From contig OX597839.1 in NCBI GenBank assembly GCA_951406725.2, forward strand, positions 27,652,001-27,716,000: 64,000 nt of DNA. The letters run 5' to 3'. This document shows, piece after piece, positions 14,294 to 28,636 of this stretch; the stretch's first letter is position 1, and every line of letters starts with the position of its first letter. A program made the position numbers and the translations under genes. The notes under the pieces were generated by a model that had not been told where the DNA came from, did no database searches, and saw only the letters and a program-made list of their open reading frames with translations. The DNA is from Octopus vulgaris. Taxonomy: Eukaryota.

Positions 14294-15082
14294 TCCTAGT
14301 ATAGAAGAGAACAGGTAAAGGTTGCTCAACTTTCCTAAACACACATACACATACACGCACACACACACACACACACACCACCGCCTGCCCCACTACCACA
14401 TTAATAGCTCAGGGTGGTTTCTTTCGCATCACCTCTCCTCCTACTTCTCCTCCAATAAGTTACACAGAATTTTAAGGAAAAGTACTTGGTACGTTCTTCC
14501 TCCTATAATTAAGCGAAAGCAAGATTAGCTTGTTGGGAAGCGAAGCGTTGATTAAATTAGACATTTAGCCAATTCTGGAGCTAATAGACTAATTAAACAT
14601 GCTAATACTATCACACGCATTCTTTCATTCTCTCTTCCACCCTCTCTCTCTCTCTCTCCCTCAGTCCCTCCTTCTCTCTTTCTCTCTCTCTCTTCCTCTT
14701 TTATTCGCGATATATATATAAACATACATACAAAAATATACGTGTGTTTTTAAGCACTGGTGTATGCATGTATACGTCAAGAAATATCACCGTCTATACA
14801 TATATATATACATTGTATATACACATATGTGTGTGCGTCTGTGTGAGTGTACATACATACATGCATACATACATACATACATACAATATATATATACACA
14901 CACACATACACATAAATGTATGTGAACGCGCGCGCATGAGTGTGTTCCTTTGTGTGTGTGTGTGTGTGTTTGTGTGTGTGTGTATATGTGTGTGTGTGTA
15001 TGATTGCCCAAAGTGTCCTGTCAAAGGTCACCTCTTTCGTGTATAAATACTTAATTGTTTGTACACTATTATATATGAAAAG

Positions 15083-15410
15083 GCGTGAAGGCGCGTGGCT
15101 TAATGGTTAGGGGCATTCGGCTCATGATCTTAAGGTCGGGAGTTCATTTCCCGGCGTCGCGCTGTGTCCTGGAGCAAGACACTTTATTTCACGTTGCCCC
15201 AGTCCACTCAGCTGGCAAAAATGAGAAGTACATGTATTTCAAGGGGTCACCCTTGTCACACTCTGTGTCACGCTGAATCTTCCCGAGAACTATGTTAAGA
15301 GTACAGGTGTCGGTGGAGTGCTCGGCCACTTGCACGTTAATTTCACGAGCAAGCTGTTCCGTTGGTCGTATCAGCTGGGACTTTCGTCGTCGCAACCGAC
15401 GGAGTGCTCC
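15083..15410 (+). mobile_element. Mosaic SINE: different tRNA/CORE-like head on the SINE C tail
   Basis: Head GGCGCGTGGCTTAATGGTTAGG...GAGTTCATTTCC...GTGTCCTGGAGCAAGACACTT. The 3' half matches family C (GTCACGCTGAAT...CCGACGGAGTGCT). TATATGAAAAGGC flanks both sides. Confidence 0.85.
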
Positions 15411-15420
15411 TTTATATGAA

Positions 15421-15640
15421 AAGGCAGCGAGCTGGCAGAAACGTTAGCACACCGGGCAAAATGCTTAGCGGCATTTCATCTGTCTTTACATTCCGAGTTC
15501 AAATTCCGCAGAGGTCAACTTTGCCTTTCATCCTTTCGGGTTCGATAAATTAAATACCAGTTGCGTACTGGGAGGGTCAAGCTAATTGACTGGTCCCCTC
15601 CCCCAAAATTTCGGGCTTTGTGCCTAGATTAGAAAAGATT
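15421..15640 (+). mobile_element. SINE B
   Basis: Matches the SINE B consensus. Confidence 0.85.
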
Positions 15641-15715
15641 ATATATGAAAATATGTTGTCTACGGACCTTATTACGTATGCTGGCTACCAGTATGAAAAG
15701 CTTTCTAAATTTTCC

Positions 15716-15775
<60 letters not shown>

Positions 15776-16079
15776 AAATGGGTCAAGAACGCAAAACATC
15801 CAGAAGACGATACAAAAAACACGGACGGGTCATTCGAAGCCTTTAATCTTAAGTCAAGAACCGGATCATCCTCGCAATTTCGGCTGATTAATCTTGAGAT
15901 TGTTCCAATCTGGCCAGCCCCAAGGAAAAACTAAGCTAAGGGCATTAGATCCCATGGAAAAAAAGCTTCGAATGTATACGAAACAAGGACGGAAAAGCGG
16001 ATGATGTTACACGAACATATATATATATATATAAATATATATATGTATATATATATGTATATATACATACTAATAGACA

Positions 16080-16463
16080 GTGGAGGCGCAATGGCCCAGT
16101 GGTTAGGGCAGCGGACTCGCGGTCGTAGGATCGCGGTTTCGATTCCCAGACCGGGCGTTGTGAGTGTTTATTGAGCAAAAACACCTAAAAGCTCCACGAG
16201 GCTCCGACAGGGGATGGTGGTGATCCCTGCTGTACTCTTTCACCACAAATTTCTCTCACTCTTACTTCCTGTTTCTGCTGTACCTGTATTTCAAAGGGCC
16301 GGCCTTGTCACTCTCTGTATCACGCTGAATATCCCCGAGAACTACGTTAAGGGTGCACGTGTCTGTGGAGTGCTCAGCTACTTACATGTTAATTTCACGA
16401 GCAGGCTGTTCCGTTGATCGGATCAACCGGAACCCTCGTCGTCGTAACCGACGGAGTGCTTCC
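16080..16463 (+). mobile_element. SINE family C (tRNA-derived, resembles octopus OR-type SINEs)
   Basis: A box TGGCCCAGTGG, B-like GTTTCGATTCCC and TSD ACTAATAGACA; further copies at 42354, 60221 and 61987. Confidence 0.9.
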
Positions 16464-16489
16464 CTATCCACTAATAGACAGATATATAG

Positions 16490-17830
16490 ATGACTTTGAA
16501 TGAATGATGCTTTGTCCAAGAGTTCCTCAGTTAAAAAGCTGTATTTGGAAAGCTTTGAATTTAAAAAATTGTTTTATATGAAAAGTGTTTTTATATCAAC
16601 AATTTCTGGCTGTCAAGCACTAAAATCAATATGGCTGACTCGGAATTATTGTAGCAACATTTCCTCTTTTTTTTTCTTTTTTTCCTCTCTTTTCGCTTCT
16701 TCTTCGAAATCATTGATTCAATAATAATTCTTTGAAAAGCTTCTGAATCAATAAAGTCATGTTTGGAAAACGCTACATCAACAATAATGTAGAGAAAAAA
16801 AACACTAAACATCAATAATGGCTTTTTGTTAATAAACTTTTAATTCAATAATATTCTGTTTGCAAACACTTTGAATAAATATTTTTGTGGTCAAGAAATA
16901 TTTGAAACAATAATATTTGGAATACATCACAAAATAATGCTATGAAAAAACTAGGAAACGATAATGCTTGTTTGTTTGTTTGTTTTGTAATAATCCTTGG
17001 ATTTAATAATATTCTATTTGAAAACACTAGGACCTAATTTTTTGGTCAAGAAATTCCTGAATTAATACTATTTGGAAAGCAACATATTAGTTTGGTATCC
17101 ATGACGATTTGTTTTCCAATAAAATTTAAATGCAATAATATCGTGTTTCAGAACACTTTGACTTAATAATGCTTTTGGTTAAGTAGTCTTTGAATCGATA
17201 ATGATCTATTTGTTTGACAAACAATCTATGAATATGGTCTAACTCTAAAAGACGTTAATTCAAAATTTCTGGCTTTGTAAGACGTCGCTATTTTATCTGA
17301 AAATATAATCAATAGTTTGAGAAATTTCTTGAATTAATCATGTCGCATCTGAAGAAAAAAGAAGACCCTACACCAGTGAGTTGTTTGACAAAAACAAATG
17401 TTTGAATCAAAACCGTTTTGTTTGAATAAACTTTGAAGAAATAGTATTATGTTTGAAAATTCCGTGAATCGATTAAATTTTGTTTGAAAATATTCTGAAT
17501 TGAACGTAATTTCTTTGAACAGTTTCGAAATAAATAAGCTTCTCTTGACAAGACATTCAATGCAATCCTTAATTCTTTGAAAAGAACTTGAATGAAAAAT
17601 ATTCTGTTTGAAAAGTCAGTGAATCAAAAAGAAATTCTTTGTTAGAAAAATACTTTCTGTCGATAATGATTCTCACTGAAAAAATCTTCGGAGAAATAAT
17701 GCTGGGTTTTGATAAGTCTTTAAATCAATAAAGCTTTCTTTTGCATAAAAACGCTTCAAATCAATAAATTTCGTCATGAAAAGATTTCAAATTAATAACT
17801 TTGTTTGCGAATCTCTGAATTGGATGATGA
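16490..17830. repeat. Degenerate AT-rich minisatellite, period about 31 bp
   Basis: TGAA at 17403, 17434, 17465, 17496 and GTTTGAA at 17420, 17451, 17482; similar units recur across about 1.3 kb. Confidence 0.75.
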
Positions 17831-18383
17831 AAACAGCTCGATTTTATTGAATAAAACAGAATCCCATGAGATTGGTGGTGAGCTGCATCGGCAAGGCTTT
17901 ATTTGTTTGGAAAAAGTAACAGAAAGAGTTTAGAGAAATTGCTAGAGGGCATGGAATATCCGACGCTTCGGAATGAATCCTTTTTCGGGGTAAATATTAA
18001 AGATGACGGGAGGAAAATAAAAGAGAGAAAGCAGTTTTAAATCCTTTGAGTCTGAGCAACCGGCTTCAACTGATGGGGAACACACGACAACGTGTGCTTG
18101 CAGACGTAGATAAGCCGCCATAGAAGAAAAGAATTAAGATAAACACGTAGTTCTCGCGTACATGCCACCATTATTGTTGTTTGGGTCCCTGGATTGGTTG
18201 TTCCAAGTGCATTTGGATGCTAAACCAGAACGGATAACCAAGGAACACTTTATTTCTCTTAGTTTCTCCTAAATTTGTTCTGTATTTCATAACTAGTACA
18301 ACAACTCAGTATAGAAGTTACTTAACCACTATACAGGAAGCAGACTGGACGATCATAATCAACATGGAGCTCTAGAGGTAACA

Positions 18384-18445
<62 letters not shown>

Positions 18446-18573
18446 TTGTGTTCATATGAATGCTTGTGTGTGTGCGTGTTTGTGTTTGCGTATGTGTGTA
18501 TGTGTACGTGTTTGTGTGTATAAGTGCATGTTTGTGTGTGTGTGTGTGTGTGTATAAGTGCTTGTTTGTGTGT

Positions 18574-18614
<41 letters not shown>

Positions 18615-18771
18615 CGTGAGTGTGTGTCTACGTGAGTGAAAGTGTTTCTGAATTTACTCGAATATTTCAGATTGTTTGCGATAAATATTTTATTTACTAG
18701 GAAAATTTACTGGTACATCATTTATTTCTTCTCGGAATTGTCACAACTTCTCAAGAAAACTGTTTGGAAAT

Positions 18772-19449
<678 letters not shown>

Positions 19450-19458
19450 ATATATATA

Positions 19459-21064
19459 CAGTTGCGGCCAAAATGTTCAGAACGGCATTGTTTTCGTCAG
19501 AAAAGTAAGTATAAGTTTTTATCAAAGTAATTTTATATTCTATAATTTTCACAGACAATAAATACAGTATTTTGGTATAATTTGAGAGGATAATACAAAA
19601 GTTATGGATGATTTAGTGATTTACTGCAAAATCCATGGCGGCCAAAATTATCAGAACGGTTGAAAAAATAACAAAATAATCAAAAATGACAGAGAATACT
19701 GGAATTATTTAATATTTAGAGTGAAGCCCTTTTGCGTCAATCACACTCTGACATCTTTGACTGCATGAGGAAATTAAATTTTCAATTTCTTGCTGGGTGA
19801 TCTTATTCTATTCTTCCTGAAGGGCATTCCATAATTGCTCAGCTGTTTTAGGATTTCTGGCTTTCGAACGTTCTCCTAGAATATTCCATACATTTTCAAT
19901 AGGATTGAGATCTGGGCTTTGAGCAGGCCAATCCATAACAATAACCTTTTCAGCCTTAAGGAAGTTCATGACCACCTTAGCCTTGTGACATGGGGCATTG
20001 TCCTGCATGAATATGGGTGGTCGCTTAGTTGAATTTCTCAGCACAGGCAAGACATGATCTTTTACAAGTTTTTTATAAACTCCTGCATTTACCTTTCCAT
20101 GTAATCGTACCAAAGGGCCCACACCATCTCCAGATATCATTCCCCAAACCATGACACTTCCTCCACCGAATTTAACACTAGTCTTAAGGCATTTAGACGA
20201 CAATTTTTCACCTACTTTTCGACGAACGTACCTTTTCCCATCTGAGCCAAATAACATAAACTTAGATTCATCACTGAAATGTACCGTTTGCCATTTTCTT
20301 GAGACCACAACACATGTTTGGTTGCAAAGGTAAGACGACACTTTTTATTCTTGGAGCTGATCAGTGGCTTCACTGCAGGTGCTCTTGCTTGTAGATCATG
20401 TTCAACTAAACGACGAGACAGTTTTTCGAGATAAAGTTTTCTACAATACAATGCTCATTTTCCGAGAAACAGCAGCAGCAGTTTTAAATCTGTCCTTTTT
20501 AACCAACTTTACCATAGCACGATCTTCTCTCTTGGTTGTTTTTCTTGGCCTACCTGTAAACTTTCTTGCTTCACACGAACCACAATCATTGTAGACCTTA
20601 AGAATACCGTGAACAACACTTTTTGACTTGTTAACAATCTTTGCAATAGATCCAATACTTAAATTATCCTTCCTTCGAAGCTTAATAATCTGCTGACGAA
20701 TTGGTAACGGAGTAAGTGGCATTATATTAACAAAGTACACTGCAAATATTCTTACTTATGTTTAGTAAACGAACTGTCACGTAAACAAATTCAAAACATT
20801 AGAGTTCGCCGGTTAAATATACTAAAACACGGAGTAAAAGCGACCGTTCTGATCATTTTGGCCGCCGTGGGTTTTGCAGTAAATCACTAAATCATCCACA
20901 ACTTTTGTATTATCCTCTCAAATTACACCAAAATCTCAGGCAATAACAAATAATATCGTATTTATTGTCTGTGAAAATTACAGAATATAAAACAACTTCG
21001 ATAAAAAATAATATCTACTTTCCTGACGAAAACAATGCCGTTCTGAACATTTTGGCCGCCACTG
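19459..21064 (-). mobile_element. Full-length Tc1-family transposon with IR/DR-type terminal repeats
   Basis: TA|CAGTTGCGGCCAAAATGTTCAGAACGG ... CCGTTCTGAACATTTTGGCCGCCACTG|TA. Inverted repeats of about 200-220 bp each carry a second GCGGCCAAAAT..TCAGAACGG direct repeat. Confidence 0.95.
19709..20722 (-). pseudogene. Tc1 DD34E-type transposase, disrupted
   Basis: HTH N-terminus with GRPRKTT, FSDESKF, VMVWG, FMQDNAPCH and WPAQSPDLNPIENVW. Split by frameshifts and an in-frame TAG at 19808; ends GLHSKY*. Confidence 0.95.
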
Positions 21065-21319
21065 TATATATATTAAAGATGGCTTTCTTGGAAACCTTAT
21101 GCATTCTGTTAAGAAAATTAATAATTTTTTGTCATACAATGCATCTCACACACATTTTGGCGCTAAGCAATCGTACGCATCACACTTGCTGAGGAATATA
21201 ATGCAGATGTTACTCAAGAAGTCTCTCCCCGCTATCGTAAAACCGTTGCAGAACTCCTTTGCTCACTCAAGGAATTAGCGTTCTTTGAGCTTTGTTCTTC
21301 TTTTGCTTTATTTGATGCT

Positions 21320-21322
21320 TAC

Positions 21323-21407
<85 letters not shown>

Positions 21408-21411
21408 GCTA

Positions 21412-21461
<50 letters not shown>

Positions 21462-21513
21462 TTTACTATTATTATTATTATCATCATCATCATCATCATC
21501 ATTATTACTATTA

Positions 21514-21569
<56 letters not shown>

Positions 21570-21638
21570 GCTATTATTATTATTATTATTATTGCTATTA
21601 TTATTATTATTAATAATATTATTATCATTTTTTTTTAC

Positions 21639-21669
<31 letters not shown>

Positions 21670-21670
21670 G
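21320..21670. repeat. (ATT)n microsatellite
   Basis: Direct reading. Confidence 0.97.
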
Positions 21671-22253
21671 CTTTTTTTTTCCAAGCACTTATTGACTAGA
21701 AGTCGAAAAACTAAACTAAACAAAACTAAAAAGCAATAAAATAAAATTGAAAAAGAAACCAAAAATGAAAGGCATTCTACAAAAAAAACAAAAAAACAAA
21801 TACATCTGAAAGTGTTATAAGTAAAGAAAAGATGGCGGATATGTTGTTAATATTGTTGAGCGGAAAGCAAAATAGAAATTTTAAAAAGCATTTGTTAATA
21901 TATTTTCGCTGCTTATTTTTTTATTTTTCTGGTAGTTTTTGTAACTAGAATTTGTCTGGGAATTCTTTTCTATTTCTTCTTTTTCTGCCTTCCATTGTTT
22001 TAACGAAATTTATGTCGTTTCTTCCTGTGTTTTTTTTTCTTTCTTTTTTTTTTGTTGGAGGGTGTTGCGTGTGTTATTTTTCTTACGTGTTCTTTCCTTA
22101 TTCTGTCCTTGTTTTTTTTTTGTTTTCTTTCTCTCTCTTGCTCCTGTTGCGTTTCTTCGATTTCTGTTGCTTTTTCAAACTAATTCTGTTGAAAACAACC
22201 AGCTTGTACCTGTTCTCCATGTCTGTTGTCGGTTTTATCTCAAAGAAAAAGAA

Positions 22254-22294
<41 letters not shown>

Positions 22295-23129
22295 GGAAAA
22301 GAAAACAAAAGAAGAACGAATTAAAAAAACACGTAGTTTTCTGTTTATTTCCCAACGGTTCTCGCTTTCTCTCTCATCCCCTCTCTCTCTCTCTCTCTCT
22401 CTCTCTCATACTCTCCCTCTCTTCCTTTCTCTCCCGTTCTCTCGCTTTCTCGCTTCCTTCCTCTTTCCCTCTGTTTCCCTTTCTCTACCCCTCTTTCTCT
22501 CTCTTTTCTCTGACTATATCTACCCCTCTGCATCTCTCTCTCTCTCCCTCTCTCTCTCTCTCTGTTTACCCCCTCTCTCGCTCTCTCCTTCCTTCTCTTT
22601 CTTTGTATCTAAGACTATATCTCCCTCTTTGAATCTCTTCATCTCCCTTCCACTTCTACTCTGTCTTTCTTTCTGACTATATATGTCCCTTTGCGTCTCT
22701 CTCTCTCTTTCTTCCTCTCTCTCTCTCTCTCTCTCTCTCTTTGCATCTCTTCTTCCTCTCTCCATCTCTCTCTCCCCCTCTCTTCCTTTCTATCTCTGAC
22801 TATATCTCTCCCTATGCATTTCTCTCTCTCTTTTTTATCTCTGATTAGATCTCCTTCTTCGCAACACTTCCTTCCTTTCTCTCCCCCCCCCCACCGCTCT
22901 CACACCCACACCCACCCTATTCTGCTTCCATCATTTACATCAACAGCGAAGTGATGCAACGCTGATGACATGCCACTTGTGTGGGTGGCCATCTGCAATG
23001 GCTTCCCTCTGCAGCCAGTTCTACCTGCTGCGAAATTGCTAAATATCATCGCATTGTTTAATGGCAGAGAGATTGATTGAAATCGGGTGGGGAGGGCGTA
23101 GGTGGGGGTGTTACTAATACTGCTAATAC

Positions 23130-23825
23130 AGGTGGTGGTGGTGGTGGTGGTGGTGGTGGCGGTGGTGGAGGGATGTTGGTGATGATGGTAGTGGTGGTGG
23201 TGATGATGGTAGTGGTGGTGGTGATGATGGTAGTGGTGGTGGTGGTGGTAATGATGGTAGTGGTGGTGGTGATGATGGTAGTGGTGGTGGTTGTGGTGGT
23301 AGTGGTGGTGGTGGTGGTGGTGGTGGTGTTGATGGTGATGCTGGTAGTGGTGGTGGTTGTGGTGGTTGTGATGGTGGTGGTGATGATTGTAGTGGAAGTG
23401 GTGGTGATTGTGGTAGTGGTGGTGGAGATGGTGGCGGTGGTGGTAATGTTGATGGTGGCGGTGATGGTAATGTTGGTAGTGGTGGTGGTGGTGATGGTGG
23501 TGTTGACGTAGGTGATTGTGAAGAGATAACAATTTGATCGAAGTCCCCCTATACTGGGCTGGATTCGATCACCTCTACGTTTCCTCCCCAATGTAGAGAG
23601 ACCTTTGGGTCAATGAAATACGATCAATAAACCATCACCAATAAATCACGTCCTGATACAATCGATCTAATCGATCTAGGAAATGTGTGGCTATGTTACC
23701 ATCAAAGAAATTGTCATCATCATCATCATCAACATCATCACCATCCCCATCACCATCATCATCACCATTATCATCATCATCACCATCATCATCCTCATCA
23801 TCATCACCATCATCATCACCACCAC

Positions 23826-23893
<68 letters not shown>

Positions 23894-23935
23894 CCACCAT
23901 CATCCTCATCCTCATCATCATCATCATCATCATCA
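23130..23935. repeat. (GGT/GAT)n and (CAT)n microsatellites flanking a unique island
   Basis: Direct reading. Confidence 0.95.
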
Positions 23936-24049
23936 TGTGTGTGTGTGTGTAAATATGCAAGCATGTATGTATGTATACGTGCAGATTTGTATGTTTTGTT
24001 TTATGCATGCATTCTCATGCATATAGCTACATATCTAAACACGCTCATA

Positions 24050-24485
24050 AATACTTAAATGATAAACTTCTGAAAAGTTTCACAGACTTTTACAGTTCCA
24101 CTGATGGCTTGCATCTGTATTCTTCCAATCAGCTTTCTCCTTCCTGGTTTTCAGAAGCCCAATTTCTCAAGGTTGGTATTCTCAAGCAGTGTGTTACATA
24201 TCCCAGACCTCCAATAATTACAGGTATACAACTGAACTAGTAATCTGGGCAGAGTATCTACTGATTTCTCAATAGTTCAACGTAGGTATTCTCTCTTTCA
24301 CTGATCCGCAATACCCATGCATGGTCTTCTGTTCATATACGCTCGTCCTTTCATCGGACGAATTGTTCTGGTAGAGTCGTGCGACTTCTTTGGGCATGGA
24401 TTTAAGGTTATCAGACGAGGAATGCTGAGTCAAGCAGTTATCTTCCAAGTCTTATGATGTTAACCTCATCTATGCAGACTTGGTC
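24050..24485 (-). mobile_element. Decayed REL-endonuclease LINE 3' fragment
   Basis: Minus strand gives IPVIIGGLGYV...NLEKLGF...RKLIGRIQMQAISGTVKVCETFQKF, resembling the R4-type C-terminus. Confidence 0.55.
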
Positions 24486-24486
24486 A

Positions 24487-27120
24487 TGTATGTATGTATG
24501 TATGTATGTATGCATGTATGTATGTATGTATGTATGTATGTATGCATGTATGTATGTATGTATGTATGTATGTATGTATGTATGTATGTATGTATGTATG
24601 TATGTATGTATGTATGTATGTATGTATGTATGCATGTATGTATGTATGTATGTATGTATGTATGTATGTATGTATGTATGTATGTATGTATGTATGTATG
24701 TATGTATGTATGTATGTATGTATGTATGTATGTATGTATGTATGTATGTATGTATGTATGTATGTATGTATGTATGTATGTATGTATGTATGTATGTATG
24801 TATGTATGTATGTATGTATGTATGTATGTATGTATGTATGTATGTATGTATGTATGTATGTATGTATGTATGTATGTATGTATGTATGTATGTATGTATG
24901 TATGTATGTATGTATGTATGTATGTATGTATGTATGTATGTATGTATGTATGTATGTATGTATGTATGTATGTATGTATGTATGTATGTATGTATGTATG
25001 TATGTATGTATGTATGTATGTATGTATGTATGTATGTATGTATGTATGTATGTATGTATGTATGTATGTATGTATGTATGTATGTATGTATGTATGTATG
25101 TATGTATGTATGTATGTATGTATGTATGTATGTATGTATGTATGTATGTATGTATGTATGTATGTATGTATGTATGTATGTATGTATGTATGTATGTATG
25201 TATGTATGTATGTATGTATGTATGTATGTATGTATGTATGTATGCATGCATGCATGTATGTATGTATGTATGTATGTATGTATGTATGTACGCATGTATG
25301 TATGTATGTATGTATGTATGTATGTATGTATGTATGTATGTATGTATGTATGTATGTATGTATGTATGTATGTATGTATGTATGTATGTATGTATGTATG
25401 TATGTATGTGTGTGTGTATGTATGTATGTATGTATGTATGTATGTATGTGTGTATGTATGTATGTATGTATGTATGTATGTATGTATGTATGTATGTATG
25501 TGTGTGTATGTATGTATGTATGTATGTATGTATGTATGTATGTATGTATGTATGTATGTATGTATGTATGTATGTATGTATGTATGTATGTGTGTGTGTA
25601 TGTATGTATGTATGTATGTGTGTATGTATGTATGTATGTATGTATGTATGTATGTATGTATGTATGTATGCATGCATGTATGTATGTGTGTATGTATGTA
25701 TGTATGTATGTATGTATGTATGTATGTATGTATGTATGTATGTATGTATGTATGTATGTATGTATGTATGTATGTATGTATGTATGTATGTATGTATGTA
25801 TGTATGTATGTATGCATGCATGTATGTATGTATGTATGCATGCATGCATACATGTATGTATGTATGTATGTATGTATGTATGTATGTATGTATGTATGTA
25901 TGTATGTATGTATGTATGTATGTATGTATGTATGTATGTATGTATGTATGTATGTATGTACGTATGTATGTATGCATGCATGTATGTATGTATGTATGTA
26001 TGTATGTATGTATGCATGTATGTATGTATGTACGTATGTATGTATGTATGTATGTATGTATGCATGTATGTATGTATGTATGTATGATTGTATGTATGTA
26101 TGCATGCATGCATGTATGTATGTATGTATGTATGTATGTACGTATGTATGTATGTATGTATGTATGTATGTATGTATGTATGTATGTATGTATGTATGTA
26201 TGTATGTATGTATGTATGTATGTATGTATGCATGCAATATGTATGTACGTATGTATGTATGCATGCATGTATGTATGTATGTATGTATGTATGTATGCAT
26301 GTATGTATGTATGCATGTATGTATGTATGTATGTATGCATGCATGTATGTATGTATGTATGTATGTATGTATGTATGTATGCATGTATGTATGTATGTAT
26401 GTATGTATGCATGCAATATGTATGTACGTATGTATGCATGCATCTATGTATGTATGTATGTATGTATGTATGTATGTATGTATGTATGTATGTATGTATG
26501 TATGTATGTATGTATGTATGTATGTATGTATGTATGTATGTATGCATGCATGCAATATGTATGTATGTATGTATGCATGCAATATGTATGTATGTATGTA
26601 TGTATGCATACATGCATGTATGTATGTATGTATGTATGTATGTATGCATGCATGCAATATGTATGTATGTATGTATGCATGTATGTATGTATGTATGTAT
26701 GTATGTATGTATGTATGTATGTATGTTTGCATGTATGTATGTATGTATGTATGTATGCATGCATGTATGTATGTATGTATGTATGTATGTATGTATGTAT
26801 GCGTGTATGTATGTATGTATGCATGTATGCAATATGTATGTATGTATGTATGTATGTATGCATGTATGTATGTATGTATGTATGCAATATGTATGTATGT
26901 ATGTATGTATGTGTATGTATGTATGTATGTATGCATGCAATATGTATGTATGTATGTATGTTTGTATGTATGATGGTATGTATGTATGCATGTATGTATG
27001 TATGTATGTATGTATGTATGCATGTATGTATGTATGTATGTATGTATGTATGTATGTATGTATGTATGTATGTATGTATGTATGTATGTATGCAATATGT
27101 ATGTTTATTTGTATGTATGT
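24487..27120. repeat. 2.6-kb (TATG)n tetranucleotide array
   Basis: Direct reading; explains the 500-900 aa spurious ORFs. Confidence 0.99.
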
Positions 27121-27123
27121 ATA

Positions 27124-27590
27124 TGTTGTGAAGTGGGTTCCTCCCACTGGTGTGATGTGTGACTGCCGTTGTCCTGTAGTTGTTTTTTTACACTAGTAGC
27201 CACAATAGTTATTAGTCATCGGATACCGTTGAATCTCTTCGTACCGGAATAGTAATACACTAACATATTCTGTCTTACTATCACTGATAACTCCACAAGA
27301 CTCCAACTAGAACTGTCAACTGTCAACTCTTCGACTCTCGACCCATTCTTGACGACCAGCTACCGGTCTATTTATAATGGCTGTCTCCTACCACTTTTTA
27401 TCGGGAGGGTTATAAAGGTTCCTTATACGACAATATATTGGCTGGCCAATGAAACACCCAGTCTGAATTACTCTTATTAGTTGACCTTGGTACTATCGTC
27501 TGGCGTAAACACATTATCTGACCGCGCTACACTTGGTTAATCTAACTTAATTAAAGAGACAAATACAGGTATATAAAATGTCATACAACA
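27124..27590 (-). mobile_element. Probable solo LTR
   Basis: Begins TGTTGT and ends ACAACA; 467 bp; TATAAATAG on the minus strand near 27370; flanks TATA and TAGA fit an imperfect 4-bp TSD. Confidence 0.6.
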
Positions 27591-28554
27591 TAGATTCTTG
27601 AATTATTTAAATTATTTCCACCTCTAGAGGGTGCATCATAATCACCAAATGGCAAATTGAGACCAACTTCATTTGAGAAGGGGAGAGAATGTAAAGATTC
27701 AAGAATTCTCTAGAGTTAACATAGCCTTAAGCAAAAGGACAGGCGTATTGTCTGGAGATAAAAGGAGAGTCTTCCACACATGTTTCTGCCTCAGTAGCCA
27801 TCATCAGCACAACAATTGCCTGACCTTATCTCCAGTGGTCGAAGGTCTTAGGCGTATACAAAAGGAGTTGAACACATTCATGCCCAAAGTAATTTGCATA
27901 ACTTAAACAAAAACTAGCTAACGAAATAACTCAGACTGGCCGGTGGCCAGTAACGTAAAGAAATACACTTGTTAAGGTCATCTCTACAGATTTTCTATAG
28001 AAATTATCGCCAGCACTGCTTTCGTTACGATGTTTCGTATACGAGAAGCCAGATGCAAACAACAAGTGATTTAATGGCACTGCTAACACAGTAGAACACA
28101 ATATTGACTGATAAAAGTTTTTGATGCACTTTGTAGTATATTATGGTTGCATATTTAAATACGGTGTTCCAACAGGTCATTAGGCAATTACAGGTACATC
28201 AAATCGCATATAACATAAACTGTCGATTTATCAAAATTATTTCCACCGCGAGATGTAGAATAATTGCCAATTGGTTACTAACTCCACTCCATAGCCTCAA
28301 TAGCCAAGTCTTTTCCAAAACTGACATGCCATTAGGGAAAAGATGTTTATTGTCTAGAGCAGCGTTTCTCAATCTTTTTACCCTTGCGTAACCCTTAAAA
28401 TAAATTATATGACTCAAGAAACCCCTGCACACAAAAAAAATCACATACCATATCTTACTCATATTTTTTCATCATAGTTCATGTGGTAAATATCATATAC
28501 ATACATACATAAATATATATATATACTTTATTTAAAAGCAGCAGAAATTTAACA

Positions 28555-28600
28555 AAAACTGCTACTCGGAGTTTCACGTTCCCGTTCGTCGGACAGTTTT
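28555..28600 (-). ncRNA. Hammerhead-like motif with a CCGACGA core variant (inverted partner at 28915-28952)
   Basis: Minus strand reads AAAACTGT-CCGACGA-ACG-GGAA-CGT-GAAA-CTCCGA-GTA-GCAGTTTT; stems I, II and III can all form. Confidence 0.65.
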
Positions 28601-28636
28601 GTTAACCTATTATGTTTCATTGGCCAGCCAATATAT

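Noticed and set aside
15772-16020. TA-flanked element (partial inverted relative at about 52350-52445) as a hammerhead
   Set aside because: Contains CCGAAA and CT(G/T)AAGA, but not in an order or pairing that gives a canonical core; left as an unclassified repeat.
16080-16155. tRNA genes at SINE heads
   Set aside because: A and B boxes are present but no complete cloverleaf; they continue into SINE bodies.
17955-17998. Hammerhead relic CCGAAAA..CCGAAGCGTC on the minus strand
   Set aside because: Multiple core mismatches; at best a decayed PLE end, so not listed as a feature.
24438-27196. ORFs of 500-900 aa (MYVC/HTYI repeats)
   Set aside because: Translations of stop-free (TATG)n frames; no coding complexity.
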